Assembly: GCA_016702305.1 (NCBI GenBank)
Contig: JADJEH010000001.1
Span: 395,797-459,796 of the forward strand
Source of the DNA: a bacterium
Lineage (GTDB): Bacteria > Electryoneota > RPQS01
DNA: 64,000 nt
Reading direction: 5' to 3'
Shown one piece after another: positions 40,599 to 48,039 of the stretch. Under the pieces are notes generated by a model that saw only the letters and a program-made list of their open reading frames with translations, did no database searches and was not told the DNA's origin. The position numbers and the translations under genes were made by a program. The first letter of the stretch is position 1. Every line of letters starts with the position of its first letter.

Positions 40599-40637
40599 GT
40601 CGAGGAGTGTTGCGGAAACCGTCCGCCACTCCTCGAC
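40599..40637 (+). terminator. Extended hairpin after the PorV-OmpA gene, no T-tract
   Basis: gtcgaggagtg..(gcgga-aaccg-tccgc)..cactcctcgac: an 11-bp outer stem plus a 5-bp inner stem, followed by tcactccatgag rather than a U-run. Confidence 0.3.
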
Positions 40638-40675
40638 TCACTCCATGAGTTCTCGTTTTAACCTGTGAGCAGGCC

Positions 40676-42025
40676 ATGAAGAGAATCGGTTATGTGTTAA
40701 TCTCCGCTGTCGCGGTGCTGGCGGTTTATGCACTGTCACTTGCGCAGTTGGAATCACGCAATGCTTCGGCTAAGTATCTCTTGCGTGTCATGGACGGCCC
40801 TGATGCGCGGGCTTACTTTGGTTCCGCGGTTGAAGGCGCCTATGCCTGGACCGGCGGCAACAAGCTGTATGCTGTGTCGTACACGGGCGAAAACGCCGGA
40901 CCCGTGTCGCGCGGCGCCGTGCATTTCTATGACGGTCTGCTGGCCAATGATCCCGTGCTGACCATCCGCGGACAGGAAGACGGCGAACTGTTCGGCTCTT
41001 CGATGTCCACCGGCGATTTCAACGGTGACGGTACTCCCGACTTGGCGATTGCCGCTGAGGGTGGCCAGGGCACCGGGAGCAAGCCGGCCGGTAAAGTCTA
41101 TCTTTATCTTGGCGGCGCGAACTTCGGATCGGCTGCCGCGGTCATCACCGTCGGCGAGAGCAAAGACTCGTTCGGCCGTTCGATTGACATGACGCGCGAC
41201 GTGAACGGCGACAGCTTTGCCGACCTCGTCGTGGGAGCTCCGCACTCCGCCAAGAACGGTGCGACTGCGGGTCGGGTCTACGTGTATTTCGGCAATGCGA
41301 ACGGCACGGCCAAGAGCCCCGATCTCGAAAGCAAGCTTGGTACGCTGAATGATCTTTATGGGACCTCGGTCTCAAGCGGTGATATTACCGGCGATGGCCA
41401 AGCTGATATCGTTGTTGGCGCTCCGCATTACGGCACGGAAGCGACGTATTACGGCGCTGTGTACGTTTTCAAGGGCGGCAAGGGCATAGATGTATCCAAG
41501 CCTACAAGGCTCTACAAGGGCGAACTGACCAGCTTCCAGGACCAGTATGGTTGGTCCACGGCAATCGTCGCGGATCAGACCGGTGACGGCGTGGCGGAAT
41601 TGGTCGTGGGCGCGCCTCAGTTCACCAGCGGTGGCAAGCAGTTGGGAAAAGTCTACGTGTATCACGGTGGCGCGACTCTGCCGGACAACGCCAACGCGAC
41701 ATTCACAGGTGGGGTAGAAGCCGGGCGCTATGGCGAACGCGTGTTTGCGCTGGGCGACCTGAACGGCGACGGGAAGGGTGACTGGGCGGCGCAGGCGGCG
41801 AATGCTAATCAGGCACGCGGCGTGGTCTATTTCTACTATGGTGGCTGGGAGACGGACTTCTACCAGTTCTCGGGTGAGAACATCGCTGATGCGGCCGGGA
41901 ATAGCGTCTCGTCGTTCGGCGACTTAGACGGCAATGGAGCGCCCGATCTGGGCGTTGGGGGCCGCTGGTGGGATCAGGATGTCATGGAAAATGTCGGGCG
42001 TGTTTATCTGCTTAGCGTTCAGTAG
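40676..42025 (+). CDS. Secreted FG-GAP repeat (integrin-alpha-like seven-blade beta-propeller) protein
   Basis: Signal peptide/TM MKRIGYVLISAVAVLAVYALSLAQ. Repeated blades: FGSSMSTGDFNGDGTPDLAIAA, FGRSIDMTRDVNGDSFADLVVGAP, YGTSVSSGDITGDGQADIVVGAP, YGWSTAIVADQTGDGVAELVVGAP, YGERVFALGDLNGDGKGDWA, AGNSVSSFGDLDGNGAPDLGVGG. Confidence 0.85.
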   Translation: MKRIGYVLISAVAVLAVYALSLAQLESRNASAKYLLRVMDGPDARAYFGSAVEGAYAWTGGNKLYAVSYTGENAGPVSRGAVHFYDGLLANDPVLTIRGQEDGELFGSSMSTGDFNGDGTPDLAIAAEGGQGTGSKPAGKVYLYLGGANFGSAAAVITVGESKDSFGRSIDMTRDVNGDSFADLVVGAPHSAKNGATAGRVYVYFGNANGTAKSPDLESKLGTLNDLYGTSVSSGDITGDGQADIVVGAPHYGTEATYYGAVYVFKGGKGIDVSKPTRLYKGELTSFQDQYGWSTAIVADQTGDGVAELVVGAPQFTSGGKQLGKVYVYHGGATLPDNANATFTGGVEAGRYGERVFALGDLNGDGKGDWAAQAANANQARGVVYFYYGGWETDFYQFSGENIADAAGNSVSSFGDLDGNGAPDLGVGGRWWDQDVMENVGRVYLLSVQ

Positions 42026-42070
42026 GCGGCCTGCTGGAATACGAAGTCCGAATTTAGAATTTGGATATTG

Positions 42071-42096
42071 GCGCGGCTCCTCGGGGTCGCGCTTTT
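42071..42096 (+). terminator. Rho-independent terminator after the FG-GAP gene
   Basis: gcgcggctcc-tc-ggggtcgcgc forms a stem of about 9 bp (two G-U pairs) followed by TTTTCTATT. Confidence 0.6.
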
Positions 42097-42194
42097 CTAT
42101 TGTAGAATTTTGGGCTGGAAGGTGGGAATGACGAACGCGGGAACGGCTGGCGGTTCTCGTAGCTCGAACCGTCGCTACCCTTCGTTCGATTAGA

Positions 42195-42575
42195 GTGCGC
42201 GCGACACGAGCTTGCAAATTTGGTCAGTTGATTCACGTTGATCACTTGCAAGGCGGATCGCGCTACTTCCGCTGGAATCCGCTCGATGCAGAAGAAGATC
42301 ATCCGAGTGTACCTGAGAAATTCTCCCTCTCCGCCTACCCCAACCCCTTCAACCCCACAACTACCCTCTCCTTCACGCTGCCGCGCAGCGCGGAGGTGGC
42401 GCTGACGATTCGCAATGTGCTGGGGCAAGAGGTTGAGAGCGTGAGCATGGGAAGAATGAACGCAGGCGAACACCGTTGTGCCGTCAACGCCGAGCGCTGG
42501 GCCTCGGGCATCTACTTTGCCTCCGTCGCGGCGGGGGAGTGGGTGCAAACGGTCAAGGTAGTCGTGCTGAAATGA
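42195..42575 (+). pseudogene. Orphan T9SS C-terminal sorting domain (gene remnant or stand-alone CTD)
   Basis: The last ~85 codons (from about 42312) read SLSAYPNPFNPTTTLSFTLPRSAEVALTIRNVLGQEV..NAGEHRCAVNAERWASGIYFASVAAGEWVQTVKVVVLK, a textbook Por-tail. The preceding ~40 codons have no signal peptide or SD and look non-protein-like. Confidence 0.6.
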
Positions 42576-42813
42576 CAGGTGATTAATACGGGACGATTCG
42601 GATTGTCAGGCCGGACTTGACGCATATTCTCCCCAGCAAGCTGAGCGCTCCGGCGAAAAGCGAGGAGGTACCGGCCACAGAAACGCGACCCCGTCGTCGT
42701 TTCGATGGCCACTTGTTCAGAAACTTCCGAGGGTCTCTTCTGTTGAACATGTTGAAGTGCGTATAACTTGTCATATCGCAAATACAGGTATAACAATTGC
42801 AAAGCATCTTACA

Positions 42814-42837
42814 GGGGGCAACGGGCAGCCCCTTTTT
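42814..42837 (+). terminator. Short GC hairpin plus T-run
   Basis: ggggc-aacgggca-gcccc followed by TTTTT. It sits immediately before the glycan-cluster promoter. Confidence 0.45.
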
Positions 42838-42839
42838 CA

Positions 42840-42870
42840 TTGCTTTTCTGCCCTCCTCTTTGTATATTTA
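42840..42870 (+). promoter_or_regulatory. Candidate promoter of the glycan cluster
   Basis: TTGCTT, an exact 17-nt spacer, then TATATTTA. It has the same -10 flavour as the promoters at 11830 and 15448. Confidence 0.45.
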
Positions 42871-42906
42871 GAGTCACCGATTTTCGGTAAGGACACCAAG
42901 AACTTT

Positions 42907-44214
42907 ATGATTCTGAACGAGTTAAAAAAGAAGGCCCAGGACCGGACGCTGAAAGTCGGCGTCGTAGGACTGGGTTACGTCGGGCTACCGCTCGCCGTTC
43001 AGTTCGCCGCCAAGGGCATTTCTGTCACCGGCATTGATATCACCCAGGGTAAGGTTGACCGGATCAATGCGGGCGACAATTACATCCTTGACGTGGATAG
43101 CAAGGTGCTGGCCGAGTGCGTCAAAAAAGGCACGCTCAAGGCCACCAGCGATTACGCCGTTATCCGCGAGCTCGATGCTATTTCGATCTGCGTGCCGACG
43201 CCGCTGCGCAAAACGGGCGATCCGGATATCTCGTACATTCTCGCCGCGCGCGACGAGATTCTCAAGTACGCGCATCCCGGTCTCTTGATCGTGCTGGAGA
43301 GCACGACCTATCCCGGCACCACCGACGAATTGATGGTCCCCGCATTCGAGGAAATGGGCCTCAAGGTCGGACAGGACGTGTTCATCGCGTTCTCGCCCGA
43401 GCGCGTTGATCCGGGCAACGAGAAATACGGCACGCACAATACGCCGAAAGTTATCGGCGGGTCCACACCCGCCTGCATGGAAGTGGCTGAAGCGATTTAC
43501 GGGCTGGTCATCGAACAGATCGTGCCCGTGTCGAGTACACAGGCCGCCGAAATGGTCAAGCTGCTTGAAAACACGTTCCGCTCGATTAACATCGGACTCG
43601 TGAACGAGCTCGCAATCATGTGCAAGATTCTCGGCGTGGACGTGTGGGAAGTGATTCGCGCAGCCTCCACGAAGCCGTTCGGCTTCATGCCGTTCTATCC
43701 GGGACCTGGTCTCGGCGGTCACTGCATCCCGATTGATCCGATCTACCTTTCGTGGAAGCTCAAGACGCTGAAATACCGCGCGCGTTTCATCGAATTAGCC
43801 GACGACATCAACACCAAGATGCCGGATTACGTCACGGAACGCGTGGCCGAAGCGCTGAATGATCTCGGGAAGTCGGTCAAGGGCACGAAAATCCTGGTGA
43901 TGGGCGTGGCCTATAAGCGCGACATTGACGACGTACGCGAATCGCCGTCGCTCGACATCATTGAACTGTTTATCAAACGCGGCGCGACCGTGGATTATCA
44001 CGATCCGTTCATCGCCGAGGTAGAGACGGCCAATCACAAGCATAAGTCGGTGCCGTTCACACCGGAACAGCTCAAAAAGTATGACGCCGCCGTGATCTGC
44101 ACGGATCACCGCGTTATTGACTACGACATGTTGACGAACAGTGTGCCGCTGGTGTTCGATGCGCGCAACGCGACGGCCAAATTGGGCCGCCGTGACAACG
44201 TGGTCAAACTCTAA
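42907..44214 (+). CDS. UDP-N-acetyl-hexosamine 6-dehydrogenase (WecC/WbpA/TviB-type nucleotide-sugar dehydrogenase)
   Basis: KVGVVGLGYVGLPLAVQFAAKG is a Rossmann motif, GGHCIPIDP carries the catalytic Cys, and the C-terminal UDP-binding domain is present. I chose ATG 42907 over the track start 42757. Confidence 0.8.
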   Translation: MILNELKKKAQDRTLKVGVVGLGYVGLPLAVQFAAKGISVTGIDITQGKVDRINAGDNYILDVDSKVLAECVKKGTLKATSDYAVIRELDAISICVPTPLRKTGDPDISYILAARDEILKYAHPGLLIVLESTTYPGTTDELMVPAFEEMGLKVGQDVFIAFSPERVDPGNEKYGTHNTPKVIGGSTPACMEVAEAIYGLVIEQIVPVSSTQAAEMVKLLENTFRSINIGLVNELAIMCKILGVDVWEVIRAASTKPFGFMPFYPGPGLGGHCIPIDPIYLSWKLKTLKYRARFIELADDINTKMPDYVTERVAEALNDLGKSVKGTKILVMGVAYKRDIDDVRESPSLDIIELFIKRGATVDYHDPFIAEVETANHKHKSVPFTPEQLKKYDAAVICTDHRVIDYDMLTNSVPLVFDARNATAKLGRRDNVVKL

Positions 44215-44226
44215 ACGCGGGCGTAC

Positions 44227-45129
44227 GTGAACCGCCTGTCCGCCATTATCGAATTGCTGCGCCCGGCGCAGTGGTCGAAGAACATGATTCTCTTCGCCGC
44301 GGTGCTGTTCTCGCCCGCGCGCGTTGTGCTCAGTAATCCTGAAGTGATCCTGCAGGCGCTGGAGGGCTTTGCGGTCTTCTGCATGCTCTCGAGCGCGGTC
44401 TATGCGCTGAACGATCTGCTCGACTTACAGGCTGATCGCGAGCATCCCAAGAAAAAGAACAGACCGATCGCCTCCGGGCGCGTGTCGCCGGCGATGGCCG
44501 GAGCATTGTCGGTGGCGTTAGGCGGGATCGCCGTTGCGTGGGCGTTCTATCTTGACAAGTTCTTCGGCATGGTCGGCATCGCCTACCTGGCCGCGAATCT
44601 CGCATACTCGCTGGGATTGAAGCGCGCCGTGATTCTTGACGTGCTCATCTTGTCACTCGGCTTCGTGCTGCGCGCAGTTGGCGGTGTGGCGATTGTTCGC
44701 GCGATATTGCCCGAAGTGTATCTTTCCTACTGGCTGATTCTGTGCGCGTTCCTGCTCTCCCTGTTTCTGGCGTTGGCCAAACGGCGGCATGAAATCGCGC
44801 TGTTGGGCGAAGCTGCGGCGTCGCATCGCCCGAGTTTGGCGGCCTATAACCTGCACTTCATTGACCAGATGATCGCCGCGCTGTCCGCGGCGACGCTGGT
44901 GGCCTACAGCCTCTACACGATTTCCGACGACACGGTGAGCCGCTACGGCACGCACGCGCTGTTTTGGACGCTGCCGTTCGTCGTCTATGGCATCTTTCGC
45001 TACCTCTACCTGATCTACACACGCGGCGAAGGCGGCGATCCGTCCAAGCTGCTCGTGCGGGATCGCGCCACCTTGCTGAATGTGGCCATGTGGGCGTTGA
45101 CCACGGCCGCGATCGTCTATTGGAATTGA
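44227..45129 (+). CDS. UbiA-family prenyltransferase, decaprenyl-phosphate phosphoribosyltransferase-like
   Basis: Multi-pass membrane protein with NDLLDLQADREHPKKKNRPIASGRVS, the first Asp-rich UbiA motif. Confidence 0.7.
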   Translation: MNRLSAIIELLRPAQWSKNMILFAAVLFSPARVVLSNPEVILQALEGFAVFCMLSSAVYALNDLLDLQADREHPKKKNRPIASGRVSPAMAGALSVALGGIAVAWAFYLDKFFGMVGIAYLAANLAYSLGLKRAVILDVLILSLGFVLRAVGGVAIVRAILPEVYLSYWLILCAFLLSLFLALAKRRHEIALLGEAAASHRPSLAAYNLHFIDQMIAALSAATLVAYSLYTISDDTVSRYGTHALFWTLPFVVYGIFRYLYLIYTRGEGGDPSKLLVRDRATLLNVAMWALTTAAIVYWN

Positions 45130-45137
45130 AAGCAAGA

Positions 45138-46628
45138 ATGAAGAGCGATTTTCGTCTGACGGCACTCCTGAGCATTTTGATTTACGCTCTGCTGCTCATC
45201 TCCTGCAAAGGAGAGGACGACAGCCAGAGCGGTATCGTGGGCCGTGTGACCGCAGCAGAAGGCGGCGGCGGTGGTGCGATCGTAAAGCTGATCAAGGCAC
45301 CCAATCCGGAAGACGACTCGTCCATCTGGTCGGTGAACGACGACGAACCGCAATTGGGTTTTCCGTATGCCCTCGAATTCACATTTGACCATCGCCCGTT
45401 GACCACGGAACAGGTTGATACGGCCAACGGCAGCGGTGAATTTCGCTTTGAACAGGTGGTCGCCGGCGACTACGTCATAATCGCCGAGAAACCCGGTCAT
45501 GGCTGGTCGGTTCCGAAAAAACTCTCTACGTCCGGCGGCGACGTGGATGTCGGCGAGTTACGATTGCCGCTCGAAGTCGTGATCGAAGAGCAATTCGTCA
45601 TCACTGAGAACACGACGTGGGAATCCGGCGTACATTACGTCGTGAAAGATAACTTTCTGGTCGTAGACGATGGCGTGACGCTAACGATCGAACCGGGCGC
45701 AATTGTACGCATCGTCGGCGCCGGATCAATTGAGGTAGACGGCACGTTAATCGCCCGCGGCGAGCCTGACAACTTCGTACGGTTCATGGCCAATGAGTAT
45801 GTCGGACGCCGCGCGGATCGCTGGATATACGTGAAGTTCAACGATGGCGCAACGCCGCCCGATCTCGAGTACTGCGCGTTCCGCGACGGTTCGACGGCAC
45901 TCGACCTTGAAACGAACGGCGGCACGGTAGACCATTGCTACTTCAATGGCATTACTGCGGAGGGCGTCAACGCGCGATTCCAACCGCCGACGGTGACGAA
46001 TTGTGTGTTTGAAGGCGTCGGCACGGGCGTGTTCAATTCGTCCACGACGGGATTGGAGGTGCAGCGTTCGATATTCCAGGGATGTGACCCGTTTGCGATC
46101 GTGCTGAAAAGCATGACGGACGTAGACATCTACTGCAACTGGTTTCGCGACTGCGGCGGAACGGACACCAGCGGCAGCGGAGACCGCGGCGTTATAAAGC
46201 TTGACATCGTCAACACGTCGCAATTCCGCAATAACGTGTTCGAGACCTCGTGGTACGCCTTTCAGATCGGCTCGTTCGTGGACTCGACGACGCGAATTCA
46301 TCACAACAACTTCGCCCGCATGAACTCGGTGATGAACATCGGCGTCACTGAAGACGAACGTGGCCCGTCGTTTCCGAATCTAATTTACAACTGTTTCTCC
46401 AGCGTAGACTTTTTCGTGGTCTTCTTTAACTGCAATCAGCACAACACCGAAGACATGAACGCCACGCGCAATTCCTGGGGAACATCCAGTCTATTTGAAA
46501 TCTATGACAGATATGTTCATGATCGCGACGACGACGGCACGTGCCCGACTGTTAACGTCTCACCGATCATGACTAGCTGCTCAGCCATCCAGACCGAAAC
46601 CGGCGTACCGGCCGGCATCTGCCCATAA
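45138..46628 (+). CDS. Lipoprotein with carboxypeptidase-regulatory-like domain and right-handed beta-helix repeats
   Basis: ATG 45138 gives MKSDFRLTALLSILIYALLLISC (lipobox LISC). GRVTAAEGGGGGAIVKLI..FRFEQVVAGDYVIIAEKPGH resembles a CarboxypepD_reg domain. The C-terminal half has repeated beta-helix turns (HCYFNGITAEGVN, NCVFEGVGTGVFN, IFQGCDPFAIVL). The track start 44964 overlaps the UbiA gene. Confidence 0.65.
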   Translation: MKSDFRLTALLSILIYALLLISCKGEDDSQSGIVGRVTAAEGGGGGAIVKLIKAPNPEDDSSIWSVNDDEPQLGFPYALEFTFDHRPLTTEQVDTANGSGEFRFEQVVAGDYVIIAEKPGHGWSVPKKLSTSGGDVDVGELRLPLEVVIEEQFVITENTTWESGVHYVVKDNFLVVDDGVTLTIEPGAIVRIVGAGSIEVDGTLIARGEPDNFVRFMANEYVGRRADRWIYVKFNDGATPPDLEYCAFRDGSTALDLETNGGTVDHCYFNGITAEGVNARFQPPTVTNCVFEGVGTGVFNSSTTGLEVQRSIFQGCDPFAIVLKSMTDVDIYCNWFRDCGGTDTSGSGDRGVIKLDIVNTSQFRNNVFETSWYAFQIGSFVDSTTRIHHNNFARMNSVMNIGVTEDERGPSFPNLIYNCFSSVDFFVVFFNCNQHNTEDMNATRNSWGTSSLFEIYDRYVHDRDDDGTCPTVNVSPIMTSCSAIQTETGVPAGICP

Positions 46629-46631
46629 TCC

Positions 46632-48038
46632 TTGCAATACGTCGGTAAAGACATTGTTACGCGCGGCTCGCTGCTGCACCTCAATCGCGAGGTGGCGTGG
46701 CGCGAGTTGCGCTCGCGCGCTAAGCAGGGTATCCGCAAAGCGCAGAACGCGGGCATCCGCGTTGAAGAGAGCCGCGACCTGTCGCTCATGGCGCAGCTTT
46801 GGTATGATCCCGAAACGCTCACGCCCGCGCTTGAGGCGGAGCAGCATCTCTATCTTGCCTATGTCGGCGAGGAATTGGTGGGCGGGATTATCGTCACGCC
46901 GGTCACTCCGAACACACTGTTCTATCACTACGGCGGCACAAATGAAAAAGGGCGCGAGATAGAAGCGAACGCCTATTTGTTCTGGCATGTCGTGTGTGTG
47001 TTTGAGAACAGCGAGTTTCAGTACCTGGACGTCGGCGTCAGTTTCCGTAACGAGTTGCAGCACTACTTCCAGAAGTACTGCACGCAGCCCTACCCGATTC
47101 TGTTTCGCAGCCCGCCTGAAGAAGCCCGGCCCCGGATTCGCATTGAGCCGTTCGGCGGTGAGGATTTCGATGCGCCCGAAGAGCAGGTGATCGCGATTAA
47201 CACCCAGCTCGCGGAGTTTCTCGAAGCCGAGTTCACATACATGCCGTCGTGGCCCTTTGCGCTGCAATCCGCGTTGCGCGCGGCGGATGTTGCAAAAGGC
47301 GCGCACGTGGGAGTTTGGGCGGCGATTGGTGAAGCGTCCTACATTGAGCAGTTGCGCGAACTATTCGGCGATCAGTGGCAATTCAGTGCGCGTCCTGAGA
47401 CATGCGCGGCCCGGATCGCCTGTCATCGGTGGGGCTACTATTGCCCCGAGGCCGAAGAGCTCAGTCTAAGACCTGAACCGCTGATTGAAGACTGCCGCGA
47501 TGTGATGCTCACGAATGATCATTCGCCGCGCTGCGGCGCCTTTGGGGCGTTCGCGGTGTTCGATTTCGCCCGATGGCTGCCGCTGCCGTTCGGCGCGGTG
47601 CTGGCCGGCGCGCACTTCGCGGACAAGCAAGTGTGGGATAAGTTTCATTGCCTTGACGTAACGAAACGCAATCGCGTGCGCGAAGGCCTGCAAGTGCATT
47701 GGCGGAGGCGCGGCGATGAACATTCACGGCGCACTGGCAACTTGAACGAACTCAAGCGGCTGTTCGGTCTGACAGGTATGCATGCCGCGCAGTCGGGGCA
47801 AATTGCACCGGCGTGCTATGTGTTCAGATCGGCCGAGCCGTATGGCGTGCGCGCGATTCATGAGCGCCTGCTGACGTTCGGCGTCGCGACGGAATGCGAT
47901 GAAGCATCGTCATTGTTGGCCCTGCCATGTCACGCGCGACTCGGGAACGGCCAGTTGGAATATATGTTCGCCGCGATCCGCGGCATGATTAACCCGTGTT
48001 ATACATTCGTGCGGCCCGATCCGGACAAGAAAGCCTAA
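46632..48038 (+). CDS. FemAB-like (GNAT-fold) acyltransferase domain fused to a DegT-like C-terminal region
   Basis: The N-half (RSRAKQGIRKAQNAGIRVEE..HLYLAYVGEELVGGIIV..LFYHYGGTNEKGREIEANAYLFWHVV..QYLDVGVS) follows the FemAB/Acetyltransf_6 pattern. The C-half ends LALPCHARLGNGQLEYMFAAIRGMI, like the tail of DegT-fold enzymes, but I saw no PLP-lysine motif. Confidence 0.5.
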   Translation: MQYVGKDIVTRGSLLHLNREVAWRELRSRAKQGIRKAQNAGIRVEESRDLSLMAQLWYDPETLTPALEAEQHLYLAYVGEELVGGIIVTPVTPNTLFYHYGGTNEKGREIEANAYLFWHVVCVFENSEFQYLDVGVSFRNELQHYFQKYCTQPYPILFRSPPEEARPRIRIEPFGGEDFDAPEEQVIAINTQLAEFLEAEFTYMPSWPFALQSALRAADVAKGAHVGVWAAIGEASYIEQLRELFGDQWQFSARPETCAARIACHRWGYYCPEAEELSLRPEPLIEDCRDVMLTNDHSPRCGAFGAFAVFDFARWLPLPFGAVLAGAHFADKQVWDKFHCLDVTKRNRVREGLQVHWRRRGDEHSRRTGNLNELKRLFGLTGMHAAQSGQIAPACYVFRSAEPYGVRAIHERLLTFGVATECDEASSLLALPCHARLGNGQLEYMFAAIRGMINPCYTFVRPDPDKKA

Positions 48039-48039
48039 C

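Noticed and set aside
44964-45137. Long 5' extensions in the ORF track that overlap upstream genes (44964, 57123, 42757, 62224, 10107, 53593)
   Set aside because: In each case an internal start gives a proper N-terminus (lipoprotein signal, Rossmann GxGxxG, or the family-typical start), usually with stop/start coupling to the upstream gene. The extensions would overlap conserved 3' ends of neighbouring genes.
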